DNA of 64,000 bases from Rebecca billardiae RCC1528 (GCA_965240325.2 OZ251244.1:620001-684000), one strand, 5' to 3'. Counted from the stretch's first letter, positions 10,055-20,947 are shown. The notes: a model not told the origin generated them from the sequence alone. Numbers and translations: made by a program.

Positions 10055-11638
10055 ATGCCGGCCACCGGCGGCGGCTGCTTGACGGGAGCCCGGGTGCTCC
10101 TGGTGCCGGGGACGGCCGGCCTCGTCTGGCTCGCGGTCGCCGCCGTGCGCCGAGTGCGCCAATGGCGCCGCCAGCTTGCGCAGGACGCGGCCGCGCTGAC
10201 CGCGGCCGCGCGCTCGCACGCGGGCGCCAACGGCCGCTGCATCGAGCTCAACAGCTTTGAGCAGGAGCGGACGCGCTTCATGCCACCGATCACGACTGCG
10301 AATCTGTACCGTGGCGCGTGCGACGACGCCGTCGTGGAAGAGCTCCGGCGGCGCGTCCACGCCGTCGTCCGCGCCAACCCGTGGCTCGCAGGCAGGGTCG
10401 CGCCCGCGCGCGCCGGCGGCCGCACAGAAGCGCTGCACTGCCCGGCGGCTGAGGATGTGGACGGCGCGGCGCTCGTCACGGTCGTGGAGGAGCCGCGCCT
10501 GCGGCTCGGCGGGATGGGCTACACCCAGCTGGCGGCGCTGCTCGCGCCTCACGCCCTCGACGGAGGCGCGACCGGCATCGGCCGCGGGCGGCTTTTCCAG
10601 GCCGTGCTCGTGAGCGGGCCACTGGCCGAGGGGGGGCAGGCAGAGGCGTGCTTTGCGCTGGTCATCTCGCTCTCGCACGTGGTCGCGGACGGCTGCACGT
10701 TCTACCGCATCTACCGCATGCTCGCTGGCACTGATCCCGTCGCGCCCCTCGACGCCACGCGCCGCGAGCCCGCAGAGCCGCCCGCGGGCGCGCGAGGGCG
10801 CGAGGCGTGGCGTCAGAGAGGCCCGCAGCCGAAAATGATCTATGAGCTGCTGAGCAGCCGCCCGCACTCGCCGCGCGTGTTCGGCGTGGACGCGGCGGCT
10901 GTGGCCGCGCGAAAGGCGGCGCACCTGCCCTCGCCGCGCGCGCCCTTCATCTCGACGCACGACGTGCTCACCGCGCACCTGCTGAGTGCCATGCGAGTGC
11001 ACGCGGGGTGGTTTGCTGTCGACACGCGCGGCCGCGCGCGCGGGATTCGCGCGGAGCTCGCGGGCAACTACGAGGAGCTGGTGCTGCTGCTCGACGACGA
11101 GCTGGCCGACCCCGGCGCCGTGCGATCCGTGCTGCGCACGTGGCGCCACCCGGCACACACCCGCCTGCCCGCGTGGCCGTGGTCCATGGCGTGCTCCGTC
11201 GGCCTCGTGTCCAGCTGGGTGTTCGGCTCAGTGAGTATGCTGCCGTGGGGCGCGGGCGCGGCGGTGGAGCAGGTGGCGCATCTGCCCATCTTCAGCGCCA
11301 TGGCGCCGGTCTTGCCCCGGATGGCGGTCATCTTCCAATTGCGCCCGGGCTCTCTCGCTGTCCTCTCCTTTACAGACACGGTCGCGCCGCCGGCTGCACC
11401 GCCCGCGAGCCGATACGAACGCAGCGATGGTGAAGAAGCTGGGCGCGGGCGCTGCGCGGCTCGGCAGGCTGCATCTGCCAGGCCAACATCCGGAGCGACG
11501 GCGGCGGCGGACGCCACATCGTCGCTGCCAGCACTGCGGTCTTCGGCGTCGACAGCATCGACGTCGATCCTCTTCTCTCTGCCCGACGAGATGTTGCTGG
11601 CGCAGCCTCCAGCGAGCAGTGTCACCAGCTTGCGATGA
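10055..11638 (+). CDS. CoA-dependent acyltransferase (CAT/BAHD/condensation-like fold, HxxxD)
   Basis: NPWLAGR, SLSHVVADGCTFYRIYRML (HxxxDG) and FISTHDVLTA motifs; hydrophobic N-terminal anchor. Confidence 0.75.
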   Translation: MPATGGGCLTGARVLLVPGTAGLVWLAVAAVRRVRQWRRQLAQDAAALTAAARSHAGANGRCIELNSFEQERTRFMPPITTANLYRGACDDAVVEELRRRVHAVVRANPWLAGRVAPARAGGRTEALHCPAAEDVDGAALVTVVEEPRLRLGGMGYTQLAALLAPHALDGGATGIGRGRLFQAVLVSGPLAEGGQAEACFALVISLSHVVADGCTFYRIYRMLAGTDPVAPLDATRREPAEPPAGARGREAWRQRGPQPKMIYELLSSRPHSPRVFGVDAAAVAARKAAHLPSPRAPFISTHDVLTAHLLSAMRVHAGWFAVDTRGRARGIRAELAGNYEELVLLLDDELADPGAVRSVLRTWRHPAHTRLPAWPWSMACSVGLVSSWVFGSVSMLPWGAGAAVEQVAHLPIFSAMAPVLPRMAVIFQLRPGSLAVLSFTDTVAPPAAPPASRYERSDGEEAGRGRCAARQAASARPTSGATAAADATSSLPALRSSASTASTSILFSLPDEMLLAQPPASSVTSLR

Positions 11639-11650
11639 TGACTTGGGCCG

Positions 11651-11692
11651 GGGCGTGACTCGCCTTGCCTGAGCCGTGTGCGCCTCTTATTC
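11651..11692 (+). repeat. Degenerate copy of the CAGTTTACTAAG terminal repeat just after the acyltransferase stop codon
   Basis: gggcgtgactcgccttgcctgagccgtgtgcgcctcttattc. Confidence 0.7.
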
Positions 11693-11934
11693 GATCTTGG
11701 CAACTACGAAAAATTGCGTCGCGGCCTCGCGGGTCGAATTCGCATGGCGGAGAACGAATGCCGACGCAATTCCGCGCGGCGGCTGATTGTTTCCGATGCC
11801 GCTTGTCCGTCGTCGCAAACGCATCCGAGGCGTGGGTTGCTCATCGTCCACGATGGCGGCGGCCCGTTGAACCGGCACAGGCCGCGACGCCCATCTTCAT
11901 CGTCGCTCAGTACATACCTCCTCGAAACGCGACG

Positions 11935-13224
11935 ATGGCCGCCACAGCGGTGACGCTGAGGCGCATGCTCTCGCGCGTGATGCGGGTGTCTCTGCTTGCC
12001 CTCGCCGCCATGCCCATCACCAAAGCGGCAGCGCACGGCAGCGACGCACTTCGACCTGCCCTCGACAACTCTGGCGGTCGCGATGCTGGTCGCGCCACGC
12101 CAGAGCAAGGCGCCACAAAGGAGGTGGCGCTCGCGTACATCGTCACGGGCGTGGCTGCGCGGCGCGCGCCCTTTGCACTCGCCGTCTGGACGGCGCGCGT
12201 GCACGGTGGCTGGGCCGGGCTGATCTACGTGGTGACGGACACGCCTGAGTGCGCGCCCAACGGCACGGTGGTGATCAGCACCCTCGGCGTGCCTCCGAGC
12301 CTGGCGAACCGCACGGGCGAGAGGCGCATCTTCGAGGTGCTGTACAAGCGGCACAAGATGCGGCTGCTCTCGCTGCTGCCACCCACCACGCCGTTCGTGC
12401 TCTACCTCGACAGCGACGTGCTGATCGCCGCCCCGCTGGCGCCGGCGCTCGAGTACCGGACCAGGCTGAGGCCACCTCCTCCGAAGGAGGACTCCAGTCC
12501 ATCGCAGGACCACTCCAGTCTGGTCATGTTCGCGCAGGGCGGGAACCCCTGGCACGGCGCGATCGTGCTCATGCGCCGCGGCGTCTCAGACACCTGCCTG
12601 GCCGCGTGGCACGACCAGCTCTGGGATGACGTTCTGAGCAATCGCAGCTTGCTCAAGGACCAGGTCCGGGACCAGCGCTCCCTTGAGAAGCTCGTCTATC
12701 CGGATTGGCACCTCAGCAGCCACAGGGCGGCCAGCTCGACGTGCAACCGGATCTCGCGCTTCAAGAAGCACCTGCTGGCCTTTCCCACCGCCGAGCTCGT
12801 GACGTCGCGCCATCGGTGGCCCATCTTTGTGCACGTGACGACCGGGCGGATGAAGCAAGGCAAGCACGGCATGACGGCTGAGATGCTGCAGCAGCTGGGA
12901 GAGCAGATTGGCGTGCACCGCGCGATCCGTGCCGGGCTCGGCGAGGACGGCGCTGCTCGCTGTGCCACGCCAGCCGCAGGAACTGCCGACGCTGCAGCCG
13001 AGCGCGATGAGGCCGATGATGAGGCTGCCTGCAGGCACGCAGGAAATGCCTACGGTGGCGCGGCCAACGACGCGGGCGCACGAGCAGTAGCGGCGGGCAG
13101 TCCGAGTGGCACGACCACGACGTCCTCGAGTACGGGCAATAACCTGCCGCTGCTGTGGACAAAGCAGCGCAATTGGCATTGCCCGCGAAGGGAGCGCACG
13201 GCGTCAGGTCGCGGCGCTGGCTGA
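11935..13224 (+). CDS. GT-A fold (DxD) glycosyltransferase-like protein, paralog 2 of 3
   Basis: YLDSDVL, PWHGAIVLMRR, RDQRSL, WPIFVHVTTGR and QRNWHCP; hydrophobic N-terminus. Confidence 0.75.
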   Translation: MAATAVTLRRMLSRVMRVSLLALAAMPITKAAAHGSDALRPALDNSGGRDAGRATPEQGATKEVALAYIVTGVAARRAPFALAVWTARVHGGWAGLIYVVTDTPECAPNGTVVISTLGVPPSLANRTGERRIFEVLYKRHKMRLLSLLPPTTPFVLYLDSDVLIAAPLAPALEYRTRLRPPPPKEDSSPSQDHSSLVMFAQGGNPWHGAIVLMRRGVSDTCLAAWHDQLWDDVLSNRSLLKDQVRDQRSLEKLVYPDWHLSSHRAASSTCNRISRFKKHLLAFPTAELVTSRHRWPIFVHVTTGRMKQGKHGMTAEMLQQLGEQIGVHRAIRAGLGEDGAARCATPAAGTADAAAERDEADDEAACRHAGNAYGGAANDAGARAVAAGSPSGTTTTSSSTGNNLPLLWTKQRNWHCPRRERTASGRGAG

Positions 13225-13379
13225 CAGAATTCTCACTCACATAAGTGAGTCTAACAATGTCAGTGAATGACACTCACACTGGCTACGCCCTAACTTAACT
13301 AACTACTCACTACTGCCTCAGTGAGTGCAGTCATCAGCATGTTATCACGAACCGGCCACTAATTACACTTACAGGGCCA

Positions 13380-14224
13380 CAGGGGTCTCAACAATTGAAC
13401 GTCGTCACAGTTCTGACTGAGCTGCACGCCACTGCTCACCCTGCCCCCCTGGGCTGATCCAGGCGGCCCCCACGGCCCGTGCACGACGCTTTTGACCCAG
13501 CGCGTCAGCCCCAGCGCGCGTGGGCTGGAGTTGGGCACACCAGCAGGTCACACGGCTGCAGGCGTACAGCCTGTCGCAGCTCGGGCCAGATCCTGACTGC
13601 CGCAGGCTTGTCGTCACTGGTCGCGGGCCGTGTGCCCACACAGATCAGGCCTAAATTGTGCTTGGCAGTGGATCTGGTACCCCCTAGGGAGGGCTGCATG
13701 CCACCTGGGGGGGAGCTCATGGGATGCAGCTGCTGTGGCACAGTGCCCAATCCCGCGCCCCCACCTGCGCAAGGACCTGTCGCGGGTCCGAGCTCCCCTG
13801 CACTGGGAGGCCAGCAGCAGCACCCGCTGACACACCCCGAGGGTGGCCAGCCACCCGACTTGAGGGGGCTGGAGTGGGGCTGGTGCAGCCAAGAGCTCTG
13901 CAGAGTGCAGCCTAGCTGCTGGTGGCTGGCCTGGCATGGATTTTCAAGCTGACCACCCACTGCTGCCTGCCGCACCCCTCGCTGCACCCACCTGGGCTGC
14001 TGCACATGCGCACTCTGACTCTGGATGGTACCACAGCCCAGCATGGAGAGCTGGCCAAGCAGCCACCCACTCGTCAGAATGCCCAGGGAGTGGGCTGTGC
14101 TAGACCACATCTAGCCAAGCAATCAAGTCACATTAGACATTAGTGCTCACATCACACATGCCTGTGCCCTGTCCAGTGGCACAATAAATAAACAGAGATA
14201 TACACCTAATTGTTGAGACCCCTG
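13380..14224. mobile_element. Non-autonomous Tc1/mariner-like MITE (about 845 bp), strongly CpG-depleted
   Basis: Perfect TIR CAGGGGTCTCAACAATT (13380-13396) / AATTGTTGAGACCCCTG (14208-14224), with TA on the right flank and CA on the left. A partial TIR copy recurs at 16627-16640. Confidence 0.75.
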
Positions 14225-14475
14225 TACTGTGTCCTTCTGTGGGCCCTGATGCTTCTGGGTGTGAGCAGGTTGCACCAACCCGCTCTTCAGCGTCTCGCGC
14301 ACCGAGGTGGTAGCATCCCCCTGCACCGGAAGTCCGGGGCGCCAGCCCCCGGATCCACAAGGGGGGGTCCGGGCGCTCGGGCCGCGCCGGCCCGACCCGG
14401 ACGCGACTCGGCGAGGGACGAATCTTTTTGGCCGGCATCGCAGACGGCGCGCGCTCCGTGACGGGTCACGAGAGC

Positions 14476-16468
14476 ATGGCGGAGGCTGAGCCACCGTCGC
14501 CGACGCGCGTGGAGCAGGGCGCGGACGGTGACCTGGACGTGAGCGAGCCGGACACGTCGCTCGCTGACGCGCGCACCGAGCAGCTGCGCGAGCGGCTCGA
14601 GCTCGCGCGCGCGCTTTTTCGGAGGCGACGGCTGCGCGCGCAGCTCCCGCTCGGCACGCTCGGCGTAACGCTCATCCTGTCTGTACTCCTGGTGGTGGCG
14701 TTGCGCTTAGAAGACTCGTCGCGCGCTCTCGACCATGTGCCACTCTCTCCCATCGTCATGCTCGGGTGGAGCGCTTTGCTGCTCGCGCTGCTGCCGACGG
14801 ATGCAATGGCGATCAACTTCGTCTCGGCTTGCAGTGGCTGCCTGGGGCTCGGGTACTTGGCCGTCCTTGTGATGCGTGTGCTGGGCATTCTAGCCGCGCT
14901 CGACGCGGCCGAGGGCGAGATGGCGTTGCCACGCGTGCGAGCTGCCGCGTACCTCGACGCCGTGCTGTTCTCGGCGCGCGTGCTCTTCCTGCTCGTAGCG
15001 GCTGTGCGTGGCCTCTGGGTGCCCGTGGCGGCCGCCCGCGGTTACAGCAGCCGTTGGCGCCTCGAGTGGATGTGGCGCTCGGTCGGTCAATTGCTCGCCG
15101 CCCGCTGCGTGCTCGACATTGTGGGGCATGCTGGACACCTCGCGATCAGCCAGCACATACACCCCATCGACGTGACCATGCGGATCGTGAGCCTGACCGG
15201 GTATGCCGTACTCGCGTTCGCGTTCCGCGCCGGCGTGCGCCGAAGCGTGCAGGCGTGGCTGCAGTCGCGCGGCGAGTTGGCCGAGTCCGCGGCAACGGTC
15301 GCTGCGCTCCTCGGGCACAGCTCGCCCGCAGACGCGCTCGCCCGAGCGCGCAAGCTCTTCTGCTGCACGGCGCCGGCCGCGCTCACCGCCGAGCTGCTCT
15401 CCGGGCACAGCGCAGAGCTGCTCGCACAGCACGGCGAGCGCTCGGACGCGGAGAGCCCAGCGCCGCATGGGAGGCACAGGAGCCGTGCGGCAGTGTCGCC
15501 CGTGCTCTCGGCGAGCGCGCTGCGCGCGCTCGAGTCGCACATGAACGCCACCGTCCCGTGCCGACTCGGCGAGTGCGATGCGTTCATCAGTCACAGGTGC
15601 GGCGCTGCCACCGCCACGCCGCCATCGCGCGCCTCACCGCGCCTCGCCGATCGCATCGCTCTTCCTCGGGCGTGCCCATCCCCCTCCCCCCCTTCGCGCG
15701 CGGCGAGCAGCTGGTGGGACAGCGCTCCTGCGCGCTTCCGCGCCTTGCAGACGTGGTCCGCCTCCTTCACTGCCGCGCACGGACGACCGCCTCGCATCTG
15801 GATTGACGCGCTGTGCATTGACCAGCGCTCGCCCGACATCGCACTGCCGTGCCTGCCCATCTTTGTGGCGAGCTGCAACCGCTTCGTGGCGCTTGTGGGG
15901 CGGCGATGGCCCTCGCGACTGTGGTGCCTGGTCGAGGTGCGCCCCTGTGCGCTTTCGCCGCCGCGGCCGCTCGCGATCTTGCCACGGCACTTGCACGTTG
16001 TGCCACGCGCACCGCTGGTGGGAGCGACGCGCGCGCCCGCCTGCCCGCCGCCCCGGCTCACGCTGCCCGCCCGCCGCGCTCATGCTGCCCGCACAGCTGA
16101 GTGTGTTCATCGCGATGGGCGGCGACCGACGCGACATCGACCTCGTCTTTCTCGACAGCGAGTGGGACGAACGCCACCTCAACGCCGAGGCACCTGCCGC
16201 TCTCGCCGCTCTGCAGGTCGTGCACGTGGCGAGTGCAGAGTGCGGCGCAGAGGGTGACCGCGCGCGGCTCATCTCGACGGTCGAGGCCGGCTTTGGCACG
16301 CTCGACGCTTTCGACGAGCAGATGCGCGCGCTGCTCATGGAGGCCGCGCGCGCCCGACAGGATGTCGCTGGCATCCTCAGAATTCCAGGGATGGGCTTTG
16401 CCGATGGCAGCATCCGCAGCAACGTACCCCCAAACCGTGCCGACCACTGTCCTGCGATGCCTCTATGA
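14476..16468 (+). CDS. Multi-pass membrane protein with C-terminal TIR/HET-like domain (3 exons)
   Basis: About 6 hydrophobic segments. Removing introns 15597-15710 and 15937-16096 gives DAFISHSWWD...RIWIDALCIDQ...LPCLPIFVASC...SRLWCLVELSVF. Confidence 0.8.
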
Positions 16469-16494
16469 GATTGAGGGTATATTACAGTCGTCGT

Positions 16495-16610
16495 AGAGAG
16501 AAAGAGAGAGAGAGAGAGAGCTCAGAGAGCAGAGAGAGAGAGATTGAGCACGAGAGAGTGACGAGGCACGAGCAGAGAAAGAGACTAGAGAGAGAGAGAG
16601 AGAGTGAGAG
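16495..16610. repeat. Imperfect (AG)n microsatellite
   Basis: Long agagag tract. Confidence 0.95.
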
Positions 16611-16650
16611 CCGCTACACGGTCCTCGTCTCAACAATTGATTACCCTATA

Positions 16651-18460
16651 TTATGGCCCGCGGTGCAGGGCGGAGCGCGCAGCGTGGAGCCCGCACCAGC
16701 GGGCCCGAACCACGTTTCAAAAAGATCTTTGATCAAGAAAAAGGGACGCGGGGGCCGATTTTTAGGGCTGGCGGAGACCGAGTTTCGAATTTTGAGACCC
16801 TCTCTACAGATGCATCACGGAGAAAAAAACCGCGCCCACGACATTCCCCTAATCAATCGTGGACGGCCGGGCGTGAGAGTTCACTTCTGTGTGAAGTAGG
16901 ACGGTTACAAGTCCAATACAAGCGTCAGCTTCTTTGAGGCTATTTTTGCACGTCCTTACGGGATCAGCGAAGTAACCAACCGCTATATATTGGCTTCGTC
17001 GGGGTCGTATTCACTAAATACTGGAGAACATTTGCACCGCGCTTCGTATTCATATGTATGGTTCACGCAGGCATAAAATCGCTTCGTCGGGGTCGTATCC
17101 ACTATACTGGAGAACATCATTTGCACCGCTTCGTTTTCATACATTGTAATGTATATGGTTCGTGGACTGCTACGGGGTCGAGCAGAATATCATCGATATT
17201 CATCAGGCGCACGTGTGCGTATTCATCATCAGCCTTCGGGAATTGGGGGTAGCTATTGGCCTTTTGCCCTCTGGCGAGCCAGTTGTGCGCACTTTGAGCA
17301 GGCCTTGAGCAGGCTCGAGGCCACTCTTTTGCGCTCACGTGGACATGATGCCGAGCACGTCAGCTGGCGACGCCGACGAGGACCGCGCTCGCCGCGTATT
17401 GAACGTGCTGCTCGAATCCGGGGCAGTGAAGAAGGTGGCTAAGAGCACGCTCCAGAGCATCGCTGCTGCCATCTCAGTCGTGAGGCACAAGCAGGACGTG
17501 CCCTCTGCGGCGGTGAAGTACAACGTGCCCAAATGGTCGATCTACAACTTCGTTCGCAAGGTCCGCACCGTGCTGGAGGACGAAGGCGCAATCGGCAGGG
17601 GGAGCGCGACGCGACTGATCACCGACTTCACCACGCGCCCCGCAGGCCAGCTCCCTCCCTCCTCCTCACCCGGCCCAACAGCTGGCAGCCGCTTTGCGGC
17701 ACTCGCCGCGCTCGACGGGGAAATGCCCGCTGCAGAGAAAGCTGACAGCCGCAGCGGGGGCGCCCGGCCGGCTCGCTCAGCCTGCTGGGCACGCTCAACC
17801 TAGGCGTCACGTGCTACCTCGGCTCGCTGCTGGCGGCGCTGCTCGCGTGCCCTTCCATCGTCTCGCTCGCCACATCTGCCGCGGCTGAGCAGTCCACCAA
17901 CCCCATCGTGTCCCGAGCATGCGCTCGCTGGCGCTCGCGCATGTCAACTGCGAGTGGCCCAGCGAGGTGGGGCCGACGCGTAGCTTGCTCGAGCCGCTCC
18001 ACGACGCGATCGCGGAGGTCTGTCGGTGGACAACGGCGTTTGGGCAGCAGCAGCAGGACGCGTGCGAGGTGCTGTACAAAATCATGGAGGCCCTGGCTGG
18101 CTGCGACGAGGCGTGCTCATACCTTGGCTTGCTCGAGTGCCTCGGTCAGCTGGCGAGCGAGCAGCCCTCGCAGCAGCAGCGCGTGCCGACGCCGACGATC
18201 TCGCAGCAGCAGCGCGTGCCGACGATCTCAGTCGGCCATGACTTCGACTGTACACAATCGGCGCCTCGCCGGCGGCTGCGATGGGCCCGCCCGGCCGCGC
18301 GGCGGGCGGCGGCGCGCCGCTGGAGTCTACTCGCTGCCGGGCTCGCGGCCGGGCGGGCCCACTCTCGATCGCGACGGAGGGTGCGACGGAGGGTGCACCG
18401 CCACCGCGGGCCCCGAACTACGTTCGTTCTACGGAAAAGGACCGCGGAACGCGGTCATAT
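16651..18460 (+). mobile_element. Helentron/Helitron2-like non-autonomous element, copy A
   Basis: 5' TTAT + sub-terminal IR GGCCCGCGGTG (16655-16665). 3' partner CACCGCGGGCC (18402-18412) followed 27 nt later by hairpin GACCGCG-GAA-CGCGGTC (18440-18456). Internal tandem repeat at about 16993-17130. The same ends occur at 52104-54512. Confidence 0.75.
17345..18120 (+). pseudogene. Frameshifted psq-like HTH + USP (peptidase C19) deubiquitinase fragment inside the Helentron-like element
   Basis: Frame 2: SAAVKYNVPKWSIYNFV (HTH). Frame 1 at 17788-17853: GTLNLGVTCYLGSLLAALLACP (USP Cys box). Frame 3 at about 18040-18095: FGQQQQDACEVLYKIMEAL (QQDAxE box). Confidence 0.7.
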
Positions 18461-19285
18461 ACTATACGGCTATATATATATATATATCATGGAGAGCACA
18501 CCTGCACATCACACTGTCAGACTGGGCACCAGTCCTCGAAGACACCGTTCCACAGGCCAGTCGCGGGTAAGTTTCCGCATCTACCCGCACGCCACCGGCG
18601 GAGGCACGATCTCACTACTATCTCGGCAGCCCCAAGCCCCGAGCCGGGTACTCCGGCCTCCGGGGCTGACCCATCATCCGTCATGTGAGCCCGTCCGCCT
18701 CGCCCCTTTGGGGCGGTCCTAGCCCCGCCTGGTCGCTTCCGGTGGACCTATCGCCCACACGCGCGGTAGGGAGCACCCACGCTTCTTCTTCAGTCTAACA
18801 CACTCACCTCCTGGCCGCCTAGGCTTGCAAGTGACGGGCACCCGTGCGGCCCCAGCACTCTCCATTCGGTCGAGCTGCACCCACTCACCACGTCCACTGA
18901 CCCTGGCACCCATCATGGCTTCAGCCGGGTGGGTGACAATTGGAGGACTCCTCTGGGCAGCACGTGAAGCCGGCCAGCTCGGACGTGACCGTGGCCGACA
19001 GGGCGGTGACAATTGACGAACTTCATCTGGTGCCACTGCGGTGTTTTGCTGCCGACCAGCTCAAGACCAAGTTCCACGCGGCTGAAGTTCCATACCCATT
19101 CTATGATTTATACCGGCTCAAGTTCCACGACACGATTTTGACGATGACCACGGATTGACGACGGGGCAAATCTGCTTTGTCCGTTTCCCCTCATTGATTT
19201 CTTTGGTCCGTTGTCGGACGAGAAGTTGACTTGCTCTTCACCGACCACGCCGGACGTGATGTGCCATTATTGCTCACCAGCAGCG

Positions 19286-20422
19286 ATGGCGGCCGCCGCC
19301 ACACGATGCGCGTGCTGGATCATGGTGCTGCGGTTATTACCCGTCGACGCATGGCGTGGGGATAGACACAACCTCTCTCAGCTTGACGAGTACATACTCT
19401 CGTTTGACCATGGTAACGCGATCGAGGAGGTGGCGCTCGCGTACATCGTCACGGGCGTGGCTGCGCGCCGCGCGCCGTTCCCCCTTGCGGCCTGGACGGC
19501 GCGCGTGCATGGTGGCTGGGCCGGGCTGATCTACGTGGTGACGGACACGCCTGAGTGCGCACCGAATGGCACGGTGGTGATCAGCACCCTCGGCGTGCCT
19601 CCAAGCATGGCGAACCGCACGGGCGAGAGGCGCATCTTCGAGGTGCTGTACAAGCGGCACAAGATGCTTCTGCTCTCGCTGCTGCCACCCACCACGCCGT
19701 TCGTGCTCTACCTCGACAGCGACGTGCTGATCGCCGCCCCGCTGGCGCCGGCGCTCGCCATGCGCCACTGGATGATGCGCCCAGCGCCCCCGGGCGCGAG
19801 CGCGCCGGAATCCGACGCGCCAACGCTCGTGATGTTCCACGTGGGCAGAGGCGCAGAGCCGTGGCACGGCGCGATCGTGCTCATGCGCCGCGGCGTCTCC
19901 GAGACCTGCCTCGCCGCGTGGCACGACCAGCTCTGGGATGAGCTGAACGACAAGAGGAGCATAAAGATCGAGCAGGTGCGCGACCAAAGGGCCCTCTCGA
20001 GGCTCGTCGGCCAGACGCACAAGAGGAGCGCCAGGGCGGACAACTCGACCTGCCGGCTCGAGGCGTTCAAAAGCCGCTGGCTCGAGTTCCCCAGCGGCAA
20101 ACGGGTCGCATCGGGCCATCCGTGGCCGATCTTCGTGCACGTAACGACGGGACGGATGAAGAAAGGACTCTATGGCATGACCGCGGCGATGCTGCAGCTA
20201 CTGGGAGAGCAGACTGGCGCCAATCGGCTGATCTCCTGGGCGCTTGGCAGCAATCTGCGCGATTCATCGTCTCACAACACATCAGCCGCATCGCCATCGG
20301 ATCAGCGCGGAAGCAGGGTCCGCAGCACGTCGAGCGCGGCCATTCCACAGTCACACACAGTGACGGGCACGCTGTGGACTCAGCAGCGCAACTGGCACTG
20401 CCCAAGCAATGCGACTGAGTGA
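19286..20422 (+). CDS. GT-A fold (DxD) glycosyltransferase-like protein, paralog 3 of 3
   Basis: Same motifs as paralogs 1 and 2; 19427-19757 is nearly identical to 12121-12451. Confidence 0.75.
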   Translation: MAAAATRCACWIMVLRLLPVDAWRGDRHNLSQLDEYILSFDHGNAIEEVALAYIVTGVAARRAPFPLAAWTARVHGGWAGLIYVVTDTPECAPNGTVVISTLGVPPSMANRTGERRIFEVLYKRHKMLLLSLLPPTTPFVLYLDSDVLIAAPLAPALAMRHWMMRPAPPGASAPESDAPTLVMFHVGRGAEPWHGAIVLMRRGVSETCLAAWHDQLWDELNDKRSIKIEQVRDQRALSRLVGQTHKRSARADNSTCRLEAFKSRWLEFPSGKRVASGHPWPIFVHVTTGRMKKGLYGMTAAMLQLLGEQTGANRLISWALGSNLRDSSSHNTSAASPSDQRGSRVRSTSSAAIPQSHTVTGTLWTQQRNWHCPSNATE

Positions 20423-20437
20423 TTCAGCGCAGCGGCT

Positions 20438-20510
20438 CGGGCGTCAATCTCGCCTGCCTGAGCTGTGTGCGTCTCTGCTTCTTAGTATATATATATATAT
20501 ATATATTATA
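20438..20510 (+). repeat. Copy of the CAGTTTACTAAG terminal repeat running into a (TA)n tract
   Basis: cgggcgtcaatctcgcctgcctgagctgtgtgcgtctctgcttcttagta followed by (ta)n. Confidence 0.85.
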
Positions 20511-20947
20511 ATACACTAACTGTATACGACGACGATTTTAATTATTATAAGATACTTCGGTTTATTCGTATCGATCACGACGATCCGGGATCGAGACGTA
20601 CTAATTCTATATGATTTTATACTAATTAATAATAGAGACACAGGCACGAGGGCGCGGCTGGCTCCTGATTCGGCGTCTGTCGAACTGAGTACTGAGTACT
20701 GATTGGAGACGGGGGATGTGAGCGCGTTGGCCGCGGGTGAGGTAGTCGTCGCGGATGCTGATCACACGGAGGCAGTAGGTGCCCAGGGATGCCGCTGTAG
20801 CCTATTTGCAGTCGTCGCCGGCCTTGGTCATCATGTAGTTGCACGCGTCGGCGACGTACTGCTGCATATTTTCGTCTCGGTTTTCTGAGTTCTGATGACG
20901 GCCATCTTTTTTGGGGGGAGTGGCGGCCGGTAAACTCCGCACCCAAG

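Noticed and set aside
14280-14430. Structured ncRNA upstream of the TIR/HET-like gene
   Set aside because: GC-rich stems only; no tRNA, SRP or snRNA hallmarks that I can identify.
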